Shown here in pieces: positions 28,301 through 34,885 of a stretch of 64,000 bases of DNA. The stretch is from a virus (taxonomy: Duplodnaviria > Caudoviricetes), in IMG/VR virus record IMGVR_UViG_2887198475_000002. One strand, written 5' to 3'. A program made the translations under genes and the position numbers. The notes beneath the pieces were generated by a model. That model was not told where the DNA came from. It searched no databases and saw only the letters and a list, made by a program, of their open reading frames with translations. Every line of letters starts with the position of its first letter. Position 1 is the stretch's first letter.

Positions 28301-28624
28301 CCCAAGCCGCAACCGGCGGCGATGCCAGCCGCAGCGCCCACCCAGCCCCCGGAAGCCGGACAGAAACCGGCGGAAATAGCCGGACAGAAGCCGGATGCGA
28401 TATCCGGACAAAAGCCAGCGTTTCCCGGACAGAAGCCGGCGAAAGCCGGACAATCGGCGAACAGGCCCGATGGCGGGCGCCAGCTCGTGGAGCACGTCAC
28501 GGCGAATGGCAAGACGATCCGGGGCGTCATCCGGCGCGATCTGTCCTACCATGAGGCCAAGAAGATCGACCCCTATACGTTCCGCAAGGACGGGGGGATG
28601 TTCATCAGGGAGAAGCACCTTTGA
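19331..28624 (+). CDS. Giant DarB-like protein: N6-adenine MTase + SNF2 helicase, intein-containing
   Basis: EFYTP, VLEPSCGTG, IGNVPF (MTase); DVGLGKT, DEAH, LTATP.KNSPLE, EGVNLQ, QRNGRG.RQGN (SF2). Confidence 0.9.
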   Translation: MQTDTPPPVLLFFAKAVIRGGASSDLFADKVEVAGYTNTHGTFVAPHKATRHKRRVVRAVPEAARVHVQPDLFGARLAAEAPAKRTPKTDDRQTMLFGAPAPAPEQPAATPEAKPQDIDRRLAALKERRAPHPEEVAPEPAAAPQPAPKAQEAPQAAPAPQSIADRIVQTYLKLTGGQVNRRARLADIRAAMPDVPREDLDRALFALAHGGDAGLLRNDDQAMLRPEDRTAAVQIGDQERHLLWLDRPDPKVAGQESPEPPAPAQEAPKATEPAAKVPDAIKGRLKRALAALADVEAAMEGARRTDEKFQGDGRYEYDAYQNRATQREAAQAMLAKFREQARKLGIDPEATIRELGGEPNVSMSQAGQAYAAGTGQEPDVSKTEVGQMPAAPAEQKPSADPLHASDEEWRRAIYDAMQARWDAGKDVTVRTALRVTKIGPKHRDSVRFRDEQIQIARGKGWDTLLGIGREIDQLAHELGLPTGQQRADAQQAARTPEDDARDEAQLDAAARELRPLVDAQDRAREKWATSRSLEDEKALDAAGAPVQEAGKRLGLTELRLHDAIELASNMDPAPAGAGQEPDEPKAEAGQKPDTPPAAAEPAPGAKSEPIKLRQGDGEAASVLLHAAARGDKEAAGRMTAKEMLEAANRRKFDIAQRNQRDPSLQTYADALMNLVVEHANADGKHDAFLSSLKGQAAFNFLTDAIGETLAQAIEEAQPQKKGRKKAGKEPAQAGQQAADKPDETRAKAGQTPAERPKKGAKGDRAAVVAAVRDALDRDDAPAAIAALESLTYQDLQAAADALSLPFTANPKGKKELVGRLHKIIPKLTRSAVAAFQREKHIAGIRSELKKDEHALADREAWEAGSSPDDPAWAYARLPVGLTKDQLKERIAQRRRELAQAEGGASPEEPQPEAPAESPPPAAPAKLTSFGVQPGTTKGERKKANKRALAILAEKRDEEMTDEDREALARYTGNGGVGDSQSEFYTPPAVASSMWDMLRNAGFSGGSVLEPSCGTGVYLHTAPEAARVTGVEMDPTSARIAGILHGPAGHDIHNASLERFATQDGRQFDAVIGNVPFCGRGSLLKDDKPELPRAEQYFVDTALDKCRDGGLVAVIVPTGIMDAQGTRSFRERIMAKAEFLGGRRLPNTCFQAAHTEVTSDILVFRKRPQEIAGALGALDQDQLKAAGVWDAEFLAGTYFQGRGAPNVMGRVTTKMGQFGEEATVAGSMEGVPEALSTWAPEEPVAPSPSVPAILESLGDDAAARRRVTNAALRTPYQVAQPGDVRVVNGVRYVLQGQPPRWNRAEEEVPEAVEDARHIAELLDDLAEGRARDPKFTRAGLIEALDSWVAAHGTPASNKQLRAWLAAPFMPRGEDVHPEDHAHQVQQAQRHVARILGAVNADGSYSDLVTGRVREAEAADLETVATRLALEWGGFTADQLATAANAHVDTVLDRLHASSDFAVEADGKTWTTIDGYMTGDLWPKLDAARAAAAEPSVAPELRAKYQRQVAELEKAIDPKSLEDVEVTLSSGFVQPGDIEAWFTARNDAYKERNPGRAWEPGEYSVTYDSGAWSIRRADDGGAPFRGNDAELVERFLNRDGVRRTETEKVEALNREFKTWLLGSERREAMEDRYNRLYRGFRAREFSNAPIHIAGMNTEGLKAFQYGGVRWALAAGKGIVAADVGLGKTVRGLMLARLAKQTGQAKRPTFVVPKSVVANWVAEAEKWFPGSRVLVIGESMVKGRDGTMKAVSDDEATRKQKLQSLTQNDWDFVFITQPAWNELDVSPELRDRYENDNFWTQRADALDRAKSDKKRGKIRTAFELQQAKQTFTKREGSIFFDDLGVDMLVMDEAHCFPAGTLVDGRPIESFHAGDLVRAFDHAAGRIVLSRVANLQIRVPRDLYRIEMDDGTTLICTGKHPIFTPHGYIFAEDIAVGDVAFKNKRGPADGEEERRPMEAERSSPGNGDASMRVVRHALEADAAAGLEAPRGAAELLLQQDPLGAFQGSPEEAESLRHGSRDCAGEGAIAGRAGRWLGGGAHGQGAVSGERHPVLLQGGHRTPRAADRHGRDRIAPIVFQAGPGPQEGGDFMEVRVARVAPLDRGVDETFGGVCKGGVVYNIEVERHHNYIAEGILVHNSYKNLFAARQRFGESPKFLGGSGQSKRALDTFHKTRALRDANGGKGVFMLTATPTKNSPLEVYSMLSHIAPEAFERMGIRNAEDFLDRFCVFETRKILGLNGEYDDDLCVTGFKNLSELREVMRRYIDHKTAEDVGLELPERDDQQHMVDMTPAQEAVYEELRSLIAGKDDAAGKIDAEGEAHIFSVMDKMQKATLDLSLLGPEHAGEASPKMELCAKNVARGAADGGQVVFCEAIDTHEKIVDMIAKHGIPRERIAIINGNTAKTGDARQKISDAFNSGRIDVVIANKTAEEGVNLQKRTADIHHLDLPWEPATLQQRNGRGLRQGNTNKAVRLHTYLARGSFDGYRWQTISAKKDWQDLLWNGGDTVENLVFEGGGTREEMMIALSKDPDATAKKLSEDKEAQQARTEAAERGKATDQFTRYQEMRRSLAELRAKHPQGAEPSAAMRRLEYRSDVLADTLRHSKWFAHKELLDSVEPAYIEPSTNVAWTKGRGFELAGGSGGPIHYSSSPTRWVVEGVDLGNDAGPQIIARQWGATPGDDSKTVRMDAAKFKAGVTPIAYSQEEEEKHIAAEKAAREAKAKKEAEEKGVAHLGEVAAMPPVVVQARAAELQRQLKASAAAYKDYGWDGPLPLVRPDGSVFAAESYDARKRLADNDFLLPTPENREKAIAAYADLASRRRIRNNFVSGRRGKTTHVGVKASYPDSNREYSGFEANPWEKIIRQLYGDGAVQEARAAADKRIRERIDAAPDFRSAVEAAQPAVQLPQYGGSLAAGAWPADVVAKLWDKAAAEGLLHTPLRQAAPSDYQGSINHHTFSMPVPGSSYDRTNPGMKVGDFLNAVGAGREMPPAPEPAPNPKPQPAAMPAAAPTQPPEAGQKPAEIAGQKPDAISGQKPAFPGQKPAKAGQSANRPDGGRQLVEHVTANGKTIRGVIRRDLSYHEAKKIDPYTFRKDGGMFIREKHL
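24884..25732 (+). mobile_element. Intein (283 aa) inserted directly after DEAH
   Basis: Starts CFPAGT; block B CTGKHPI; ends VYNIEV..HNYIAEGILVHN followed by Ser; exteins rejoin as DEAH-SYKN. Confidence 0.92.
25164..25688 (+). CDS. DUF559/Vsr-like endonuclease nested in the +1 frame of the intein
   Basis: CAWCG..FC Zn-like N-terminus; YKVDIAHP.LLIA; RD.RRE..L...GWRVLR; GGGGA SD before ATG 25164. Confidence 0.72.
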   Translation: MVKKKGDPWRRSVPRLETATLPCAWCGTPLKLTPQQDWRRREGQRNFFCNKTHSAHSREARKRPNPSAMEAEIAQAKARLLAVLGDGWVAEHMVKEPYPENGIPFCYKVDIAHPGLLIAMDVIALHPSYSKQGRDHRREAILWRCGWRVLRLSIGELTKRLEECARAASSTTSK

Positions 28625-28980
28625 GCGACACCCCAGGCCAGATCGACGTACCGACCGCGCTCCGGAACATCATCGGCGTGTTGCAGGAGAACCCGGCCAA
28701 CTATCGCCTGTTCGGCGTGTGGTGGTGGCCGGTGAAGCTGGCCCTGCACGTCACCGGGCATGGCCAGGAGGTGCCGGGCCTGTCCAACCTGCCGTCCGGC
28801 AAGAAGCCGTACATGGACGAGGAGCAGGCGGCGCTGGTACCGAAGGGCGGGGTGCAGGAGATCCTGGCCGCGGCCTTCGAGGAGTATGGGCACAACGCAC
28901 GTTTCGGGCGCCCCAACGGTCAGGTCGAGACGCCCGATGGCGAGGTGGTGACGATCTACGACCCCGACATCGGGTTTTAG
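28621..28980 (+). CDS. Hypothetical partner of giant helicase
   Basis: TTGA overlap with the helicase stop; high GC3. Confidence 0.65.
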   Translation: MSDTPGQIDVPTALRNIIGVLQENPANYRLFGVWWWPVKLALHVTGHGQEVPGLSNLPSGKKPYMDEEQAALVPKGGVQEILAAAFEEYGHNARFGRPNGQVETPDGEVVTIYDPDIGF

Positions 28981-29148
28981 GATCCGTGCCCGAATACCCC
29001 TTTCGACATGCCGGTCAGCATTCATTCCATAGTTGGCACGACATGGTCCAAGGTGCCAAAGAGAAACGAAACCGCTATGATCGCTTCACCTCTTGTCAGA
29101 GGCTGGATCTGGGACTGCGTCGTCCCGTTGCACGAAAGAGCGTGAGTC

Positions 29149-29613
29149 TTGCAATTAAATATAGCACTTTTACTATTTGCTATCGTGCTGTTTGGCTTGC
29201 TGATCTGGTTAATGGCTCAGATCCTGCCGTCTACAGAGGAGAAGCCAGAATCTGCCCCACCCAAGATATCTCCACGTAGCAACAAACCGATCCGCCCGCG
29301 CTCTGTCGAAGAGCAACTTCGTGATGAGATAGCAGCGGTTCATAATAAGCTGGCATTCCTACAGGGCGAACATGACCGTTGGAAGGAGCGAGCTAAAGCA
29401 CTGGCCACTCGCGTTTGCGAGCTTGAAAGTGCTCATGCGGAAAGCATTAAAACTGATTCCGGGGATCGCTCTCAATACCGGCGCCTGCGCAGCCTAATCG
29501 CAACCGAATTTCATCCTGACCATATCAAGGTTGAAGGTATAGAAAAGATAGTCCGAACGGAGATATTCAAGGCAATCTGGCCAAAAGTGCAGGATATTGA
29601 AAAGACTCATTAA
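29149..29613 (+). CDS. Low-GC membrane-anchored coiled-coil protein with J-like HPD motif
   Basis: N-terminal TM; YRRLRSLIATEFHPDH. Confidence 0.6.
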   Translation: MQLNIALLLFAIVLFGLLIWLMAQILPSTEEKPESAPPKISPRSNKPIRPRSVEEQLRDEIAAVHNKLAFLQGEHDRWKERAKALATRVCELESAHAESIKTDSGDRSQYRRLRSLIATEFHPDHIKVEGIEKIVRTEIFKAIWPKVQDIEKTH

Positions 29614-29798
29614 GTCATATCATGGTTGTACAAAACTGAAAGTGACAGAGAGGACAAGATGCCTATTTCGGCCACGGGTTCACCATTAGGATCCGAGCCA
29701 AAATAAACTTTTTTATGTGCCTGTCAGTATTCTCATGGCGGCAACGTTACTTGCACTCGAAATCCACTGATTTGGATCGTTTGTTCAAACTTGATCCT

Positions 29799-30032
29799 TT
29801 AGCGGAGCGTATCCGGCCGCCGCCGGGCCGCATCGAAGGCCCGGCGATCGCGGTCCGCTTCGCGCTCCCGAGCGGACCGGTCCTGTTCGGCCTGGAACGC
29901 CCGCTCCTGGGCGGCGCGCTTGTCGCGGAGCCACTGATCCGCGCGCCACTCCTCCTCCGCGGTCGGATCGCGAGCAGCGGCCGGGAGCGCCGCCAGCAGG
30001 GCCAGTGCCAGGAAAGCGGCGCGCAGCATCAT
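29799..30032 (-). CDS. Small secreted protein
   Basis: Signal peptide. Confidence 0.5.
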   Translation of the reverse strand: MMLRAAFLALALLAALPAAARDPTAEEEWRADQWLRDKRAAQERAFQAEQDRSAREREADRDRRAFDAARRRPDTLR

Positions 30033-30038
30033 GGCCTC

Positions 30039-30503
30039 CTACCCGGCTGTGAGCCGGAATGCGATTGCAAAGCCGATCAGGCACCCGATGACGAACACGC
30101 CCCCGAGCACCGCGGCCACCACAGCGTACGTCCGCCGGTCGAATGCCTTCTTCCAGCCGGAGGACTCCCGTTCGATTGCCGCGCCGACGCGCGCCTCCAT
30201 CGCGGCGATCACCCGCGCCTGGAACGCCTCCATCGCTGCCGGCGGGAGCGGTTGCCGGGCCTCGAACATGATCCGCGCCAGGGCAGGCATCAGCTCCACG
30301 AAGGCCGCCTGGGCGACGAAGATTTCCCGCCAGTAGGGATCGCCCTTCACGCCCGGCGCGCGCGCCGCGGCGACGATCCGTTCGAGCGTCCGATCCACCC
30401 GCCCCTGGAAATCGGCCATCAGCTTCGCTGCGTCAGGCCCGGGCAGAGCAGACGGGGGAGAAGGAGGCGTTGCCTCCTCCTCCCCACGCGCCACAGCATC
30501 CAT
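30039..30503 (-). CDS. Hypothetical with C-terminal TM (third gene of stability-like operon)
   Basis: C-terminal hydrophobic helix; operon context. Confidence 0.55.
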   Translation of the reverse strand: MDAVARGEEEATPPSPPSALPGPDAAKLMADFQGRVDRTLERIVAAARAPGVKGDPYWREIFVAQAAFVELMPALARIMFEARQPLPPAAMEAFQARVIAAMEARVGAAIERESSGWKKAFDRRTYAVVAAVLGGVFVIGCLIGFAIAFRLTAG

Positions 30504-30529
30504 CAGGGCGCGTATTCCCTCCGGGCCGG

Positions 30530-31492
30530 CTACGCCAGCCACGGTAGGAAGCCTTTGCCTTCCAGCGGCGCTAGCTCCTCGTTCACCGCTTCGAGGTAGC
30601 GGCGCACGACGGGCCGGTAGACGCCGGGGATGGGCGGGTTCTTGTTGCCCTCCGGCACGATGCCGTCCCGGGCCTCGTGGAACAGGAACCGGCGGCTCTC
30701 GATCCACAGGGCAAGATCCTGCGGGGCCAGCCGAGGCCACCACAGCTCGACCGCGCCTTCCTCAAGCGCCCGCTGATATGCCGGGGTGCGGCGAATCGTC
30801 TCGAACGATGCCGGGCTATCCGCGCGCCCCAGGTTCAGGATCAGCAGCGAGGCCGGCCATTTGACGCCGAGGCGCTGATGCTCGGCGAGCTGCGCCACGT
30901 CATCGACCGCGGGCGTGAGCACATAGGCCCCGATCAGCGACACCGCGCCCTGGCGGAGCTGATCCGGCAGCGTCGGGCCGCTGGCGATCAGCTCGCCGAA
31001 AGCGATAGCGTCGGCCCCCAGGTCGAAATACCCGCCCAGGAACTTCCCCTTGCCCCGTGCGGAGGGCAGCGCCCCGAACACCTTCCGCTGCCACTCGACC
31101 ACCTGGGCAATGTTCCGGCCCGGGGGCTGCATAACCTGGGCGAAAAATTCGACCAGCAGCCGCGCCCCGGGATCGGAGGCGAGGAGGATGGTCCGGTCCA
31201 GCGACTCCGGGGCCGATTCGAGCTGCTTGCCGCCCAGGGTCCGGGCGATCGTCGTCTTGCCGCTGTCCCCCGAGCCGATGAGCGCCCAGACGGGCGCGGT
31301 GCCCGACAGGTCAGGGATTGGCTTCGTGCGCTGGGTGCGCTTGGGGCCGGCGTCGGTGGGGAGGCTCGCGGTCGCCGGGACCACTACCTCGTCCATCTCC
31401 TCTGCCAGCAGATCGGCCAGCGACTTCCCCTCGTCCTTTTCGGCATCCGGGGGGTTCTCCTTCACCACGTTCAGCTTTGGCGCTTGCGCCAT
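30530..31492 (-). CDS. P-loop ATPase, ParA/StbB-like
   Basis: IGSGDSGKTT, DP and D.GA motifs; near repA. Confidence 0.65.
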   Translation of the reverse strand: MAQAPKLNVVKENPPDAEKDEGKSLADLLAEEMDEVVVPATASLPTDAGPKRTQRTKPIPDLSGTAPVWALIGSGDSGKTTIARTLGGKQLESAPESLDRTILLASDPGARLLVEFFAQVMQPPGRNIAQVVEWQRKVFGALPSARGKGKFLGGYFDLGADAIAFGELIASGPTLPDQLRQGAVSLIGAYVLTPAVDDVAQLAEHQRLGVKWPASLLILNLGRADSPASFETIRRTPAYQRALEEGAVELWWPRLAPQDLALWIESRRFLFHEARDGIVPEGNKNPPIPGVYRPVVRRYLEAVNEELAPLEGKGFLPWLA

Positions 31493-31509
31493 ACCAGTTC
31501 CCTTTCAGA

Positions 31510-32004
31510 TCAGACTTTTCGGCCGCCTGCGAATTGCAGCACGTCCGTTTCGTCCTCCTCCTCCGCGGCGGCGGCCGCGGGAGGAGGAGCAGTTTTCCGC
31601 CGCGTCTTGGCCACCGGTGCCGCGGCGGCGGCAGCCGGCGCCTCTGGCGCTGGCGTCTCTTTTGCGACCGGGCGCGCCCTCGCGGGCGCCCCATCCCCTG
31701 CCAGCCGGGCCTTGTCGCGGCGGACCTGCCACCACGCCTTGCGGACCCGCTCGCCGGTAGGAGGCTTTCCGTCGCCGTCCGCGATCTGCGCCGCGGTTTC
31801 TCCCGGATGCAGCGCGCGCAACGCGGCCGCAACCCCGTCCCAATACGGGCGCCGTGGCGGGTTCAGCCCTGGCGCCAACTCTTCGTAGTGGTCCCACAGA
31901 TGCTCGTAGAGCGGCGAATGGCCTCCCCGCTTCTCGGGAGGCCGCTGACGAGCCGCTTCGAGGATCGCGTCCACTACCAAGGCACCTCTCTTCCGTCCGG
32001 TCAT
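31510..32004 (-). CDS. Plasmid DNA-binding protein (StbA/mobilisation-accessory-like)
   Basis: SPLY..LW..RP.W...DGKPPT...RKAWWQVRRD; upstream of ATPase. Confidence 0.5.
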   Translation of the reverse strand: MTGRKRGALVVDAILEAARQRPPEKRGGHSPLYEHLWDHYEELAPGLNPPRRPYWDGVAAALRALHPGETAAQIADGDGKPPTGERVRKAWWQVRRDKARLAGDGAPARARPVAKETPAPEAPAAAAAAPVAKTRRKTAPPPAAAAAEEEDETDVLQFAGGRKV

Positions 32005-32069
32005 CGTCCCGCCTCTGTCCAGGCATGCGGGGGGACCATGCCGCGATTCGAGAGTCGAATCATCCCCCA

Positions 32070-32165
32070 ATCCGGGCAAACTGTCCAGCATACATCCGGC
32101 TTCTATCCGTAGGTGTATCCGTCAAAAATCCGGTAAGTGTCCGGCCTTTGTCCTGGTCCGTAGGA
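32070..32165. repeat. Cluster of degenerate (T/G)TCCG(G) repeats, possible centromere-like site
   Basis: About eight short CGGA(C/T)A-type repeats upstream of the StbA-like gene. Confidence 0.45.
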
Positions 32166-32238
32166 TGGAATGGTGGTAGTCAGATCGAGGCGCCGTTTCC
32201 AAACGACGCAGCGGGGAACAGCAGAAAAGGAGTTCGAC

Positions 32239-32457
32239 GTGCCGAGGGACGTTCACAAACTCGCCGCCGCCGCAGTCTTGCAGGGCCAGGAATCCGAGGA
32301 TGCCGCGATGCTGGCGCATTGCAGGGAGCAGGCAATGCGCCCGACGCCGGAGGCCGGCAGCTTCGCCACCGCCTTCGCCCTTCTCCGCCTGACGGACATG
32401 GCGCGCCGGCTGATTGTCTCGGATCTGCGCGACGAGGCAGCGGAGGCCGGCCGATGA
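32239..32457 (+). CDS. Hypothetical
   Basis: AAGGAG SD, GTG start, coupled to dut. Confidence 0.55.
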   Translation: MPRDVHKLAAAAVLQGQESEDAAMLAHCREQAMRPTPEAGSFATAFALLRLTDMARRLIVSDLRDEAAEAGR

Positions 32458-32939
32458 GCGAGCCAGCCGCCGAGACGTTCGGCTTCCGCCGCCTGACCAT
32501 GACGGCCACGGTACCGACCCGGGCGCACCCCAAGGATGCCGGGCTCGACCTGTGCGCCGACCTCTACAAGCGCGACGGGGCGGAGAGGGTGGCCGGTGGC
32601 ATCCTGTGCCTGACCGTCCCACCGGGGCAGCGCCGGCGCATCCCGACCGGGCTCGCCATCACCCCGCCGGAGGGGACCTTTGCCCATCTGCTGGACAAGT
32701 CGGGCCTCGCCGATCGCTACGGCATCACCATCCTGGGCGGCGTCTGCGACGAGGGATACACCGGCGAGTATCAGGTGATCGTCCTCAACACCGGGAACGA
32801 GCCCTGGCACGTCATCCACGGTGTGAAGCTGTGCCAGATCGTGTTCCAGCGCATCTCCTACGCGGTCGGCGAGGAGCGGGAGCTGCCGCAGACCGCCCGT
32901 GGCGCCAAGGGGTTCGGCAGCACGGGGGCGATGGGATGA
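32454..32939 (+). CDS. dut: dUTPase (trimeric)
   Basis: AGLDL, KSGLA, GVCDEGYTGE, RGAKGFGSTG motifs. Confidence 0.93.
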   Translation: MSEPAAETFGFRRLTMTATVPTRAHPKDAGLDLCADLYKRDGAERVAGGILCLTVPPGQRRRIPTGLAITPPEGTFAHLLDKSGLADRYGITILGGVCDEGYTGEYQVIVLNTGNEPWHVIHGVKLCQIVFQRISYAVGEERELPQTARGAKGFGSTGAMG

Positions 32940-33039
32940 CGGCAGTCCTCCTGGCGCCTCCGCGTCAGGCCCCACCGCCGGATGAGAAGGGCGTCATTGG
33001 CTGATCTGTGGCGGGGAGAGCGGCCCGAAGGCGCGCCCG

Positions 33040-33180
33040 ATGGATCCGACCTGGGCGTCCCGTTCTTCTTCAAGCAGACCGGATCCCGCCGCGAGGCGTG
33101 GCCGGGCGTGACCGGGAAGGGCGATAACCCGGCCGAGTGGCCGGACGAGCTGCGCGTCCAGCAATTCCCGGGGGCGCCGT
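33040..33180 (+). pseudogene. DUF5131 (Gp37/Gp68) C-terminal remnant
   Basis: GVPFFFKQ..KGDNPAEWPDELRVQQFP without the N-terminal domain. Confidence 0.6.
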
Positions 33181-33367
33181 CGAAAACGCCGGGCCGGGTG
33201 CGGAGCGTGAGCCAAGACGGGGCCGGCCCAGGCGTCGGCCTGAACCGGCAGAGCCGCCGCAAGGGCGGCCCAATCTGGGACTTCTTGTCGCGCCCCTACC
33301 GGTTCGCCGGCTCGGATCGACAGGCCAGCGGGGCTGGGGACTCTGTGGGCGGCTGGCTCGCGGCGCT

Positions 33368-34288
33368 TCAGGAGCCGGGTGCGAGTTGGCGCGGCGCGAC
33401 CGGAGGCCGTGAAGGGTGCAGGATCATCCCGCCGTCCCCTACTTCTATCTTGGCGTCCGGATAAACCGCCAAAGCGAGTTGCACGTTGGCCAGGAACAGC
33501 CGCCGGAAATCAACCATTCGGCCGATGCCAAGCCCGAATTGCGCCTTCAAAGCCTTCCAGCTCACGGGCTGCGGCTTCGATAGGGCGTGGAGCCTGTAAG
33601 CCAGCCACGCATACACATCCAGGCCCTGGCTATTATTCGACAGGGCCTTCACAGCAGCCTCTTCTATCGGAACGGGATGTTTTTGGAGTTGTTGAAAGAA
33701 CCCATCTGACAGTCTGGCATTCTCAGCAAGCAATTTGCCAGATCCGTCCATAGATGGCTCAAACATAGCCGCTTCAATAATGTTCTGATTTAATAGCCCG
33801 ACTTTGCCCCCGCGACGCATATGGAACGTCAGCCGGCAATAGGCGATGCGTTCAGACTGTTCGCGGACCGCCTTCACTACGCCGCCGCCCCACGGAATCC
33901 CCATCCGCTCAAGCCAGTCCCGCATGCTTGAGCCGAGCCGCACTTCCGGGCTCTGCGTGCGGAGTGCTTCTGACTGAAGGTAGAATAAAATCATCCTTGC
34001 GCGCGCGCCGAATGGGACTCCGACATTAACAGGCTTCCCGTTAAGGCCGGGGCGTGCGCCCGATTCGACAATTAGGCTGATGTTTTCAGCGTCTACTTGC
34101 CAATCCTGGCCGTCTGGAAGGCGCTTGTGAGGCAACGCTGCTTGGCACCAGCCCGAGAAAAGAAAGCCGATACCGGTATCTTCATTGCCTAAATACTCGG
34201 TTGCAGCCTCGATTACCTCTCGGCGCACGTCGAGATTTAGCGTGCCTTGCTTGCCCTTGGCGACGAGAAGATCGTGGATGGTTCCCAT
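33368..34288 (-). CDS. repA: Plasmid replication initiator RepA (RepA_C type)
   Basis: CQAALPH, GVPFG..ARMIL, HPVP, LDVYAWLAYRL, QFG; likely start 34288 because the upstream extension overlaps iterons. Confidence 0.88.
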   Translation of the reverse strand: MGTIHDLLVAKGKQGTLNLDVRREVIEAATEYLGNEDTGIGFLFSGWCQAALPHKRLPDGQDWQVDAENISLIVESGARPGLNGKPVNVGVPFGARARMILFYLQSEALRTQSPEVRLGSSMRDWLERMGIPWGGGVVKAVREQSERIAYCRLTFHMRRGGKVGLLNQNIIEAAMFEPSMDGSGKLLAENARLSDGFFQQLQKHPVPIEEAAVKALSNNSQGLDVYAWLAYRLHALSKPQPVSWKALKAQFGLGIGRMVDFRRLFLANVQLALAVYPDAKIEVGDGGMILHPSRPPVAPRQLAPGS

Positions 34289-34322
34289 GCCGCGAGCATG
34301 CCACATCTGCGGCGGCTCGGAA

Positions 34323-34662
34323 GTGGGACTTCTTGTCACACCCCCCTGGCGGGGAGAGTGGCGGGGAGAGGTGTCCACAGGCGGGGGTGGGACTTCTTGT
34401 CACACGAGCTATTAGCAAGATATTTGATTCTTATATTAGCTTGTGTGACAAGAAGTCCCGGGATAACTCATGTAACCCATTGATATCATTTGGGGCGCTC
34501 TGAGGGGGGTGTGACAAGAAGTCCCACTTGCTGTGACAAGAAGTCCCACCCCGCCTGTGGATAAGTTCTCCGCCGGCCGATGCAGCCCCCCCCGCCCGGC
34601 ATGAAGCCGCAGGGCGGGAAATTGGTTCAGTTCCTTGTTGGCCAGTGTGACAAGAAGTCCCA
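34323..34662. promoter_or_regulatory. Iteron origin of replication
   Basis: Six TGTGACAAGAAGTCCC iterons (34323 and 34387 reversed; 34444, 34510, 34532, 34646), DnaA box TGTGGATAA at 34556-34564, AT-rich core; seventh partial iteron at 33276. Confidence 0.9.
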
Positions 34663-34885
34663 GGCCGTGCGATGAACGTCGGCGCCTGGAACATCCAGAG
34701 TTGAGCATCCCCAGCCGTTCAGGCCGGCGCCCACGGAGTCTCCAGTGGCATCGCCAGCCAGCCACGCACCCGCGAGGCGCGAGAGACGGGCCAGGAAGGC
34801 AGGAGCGGATACTGCCACGGCGCCCGTACGCCGGCATAAACCGGGACTCGCCGGACAGGGAGTCGTCCGCGGTGCCGGCGGATAC

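Noticed and set aside
34323-34662. 16-18-bp repeats as a possible CRISPR array
   Set aside because: Mixed orientation, irregular spacing, next to repA and a DnaA box: iterons.
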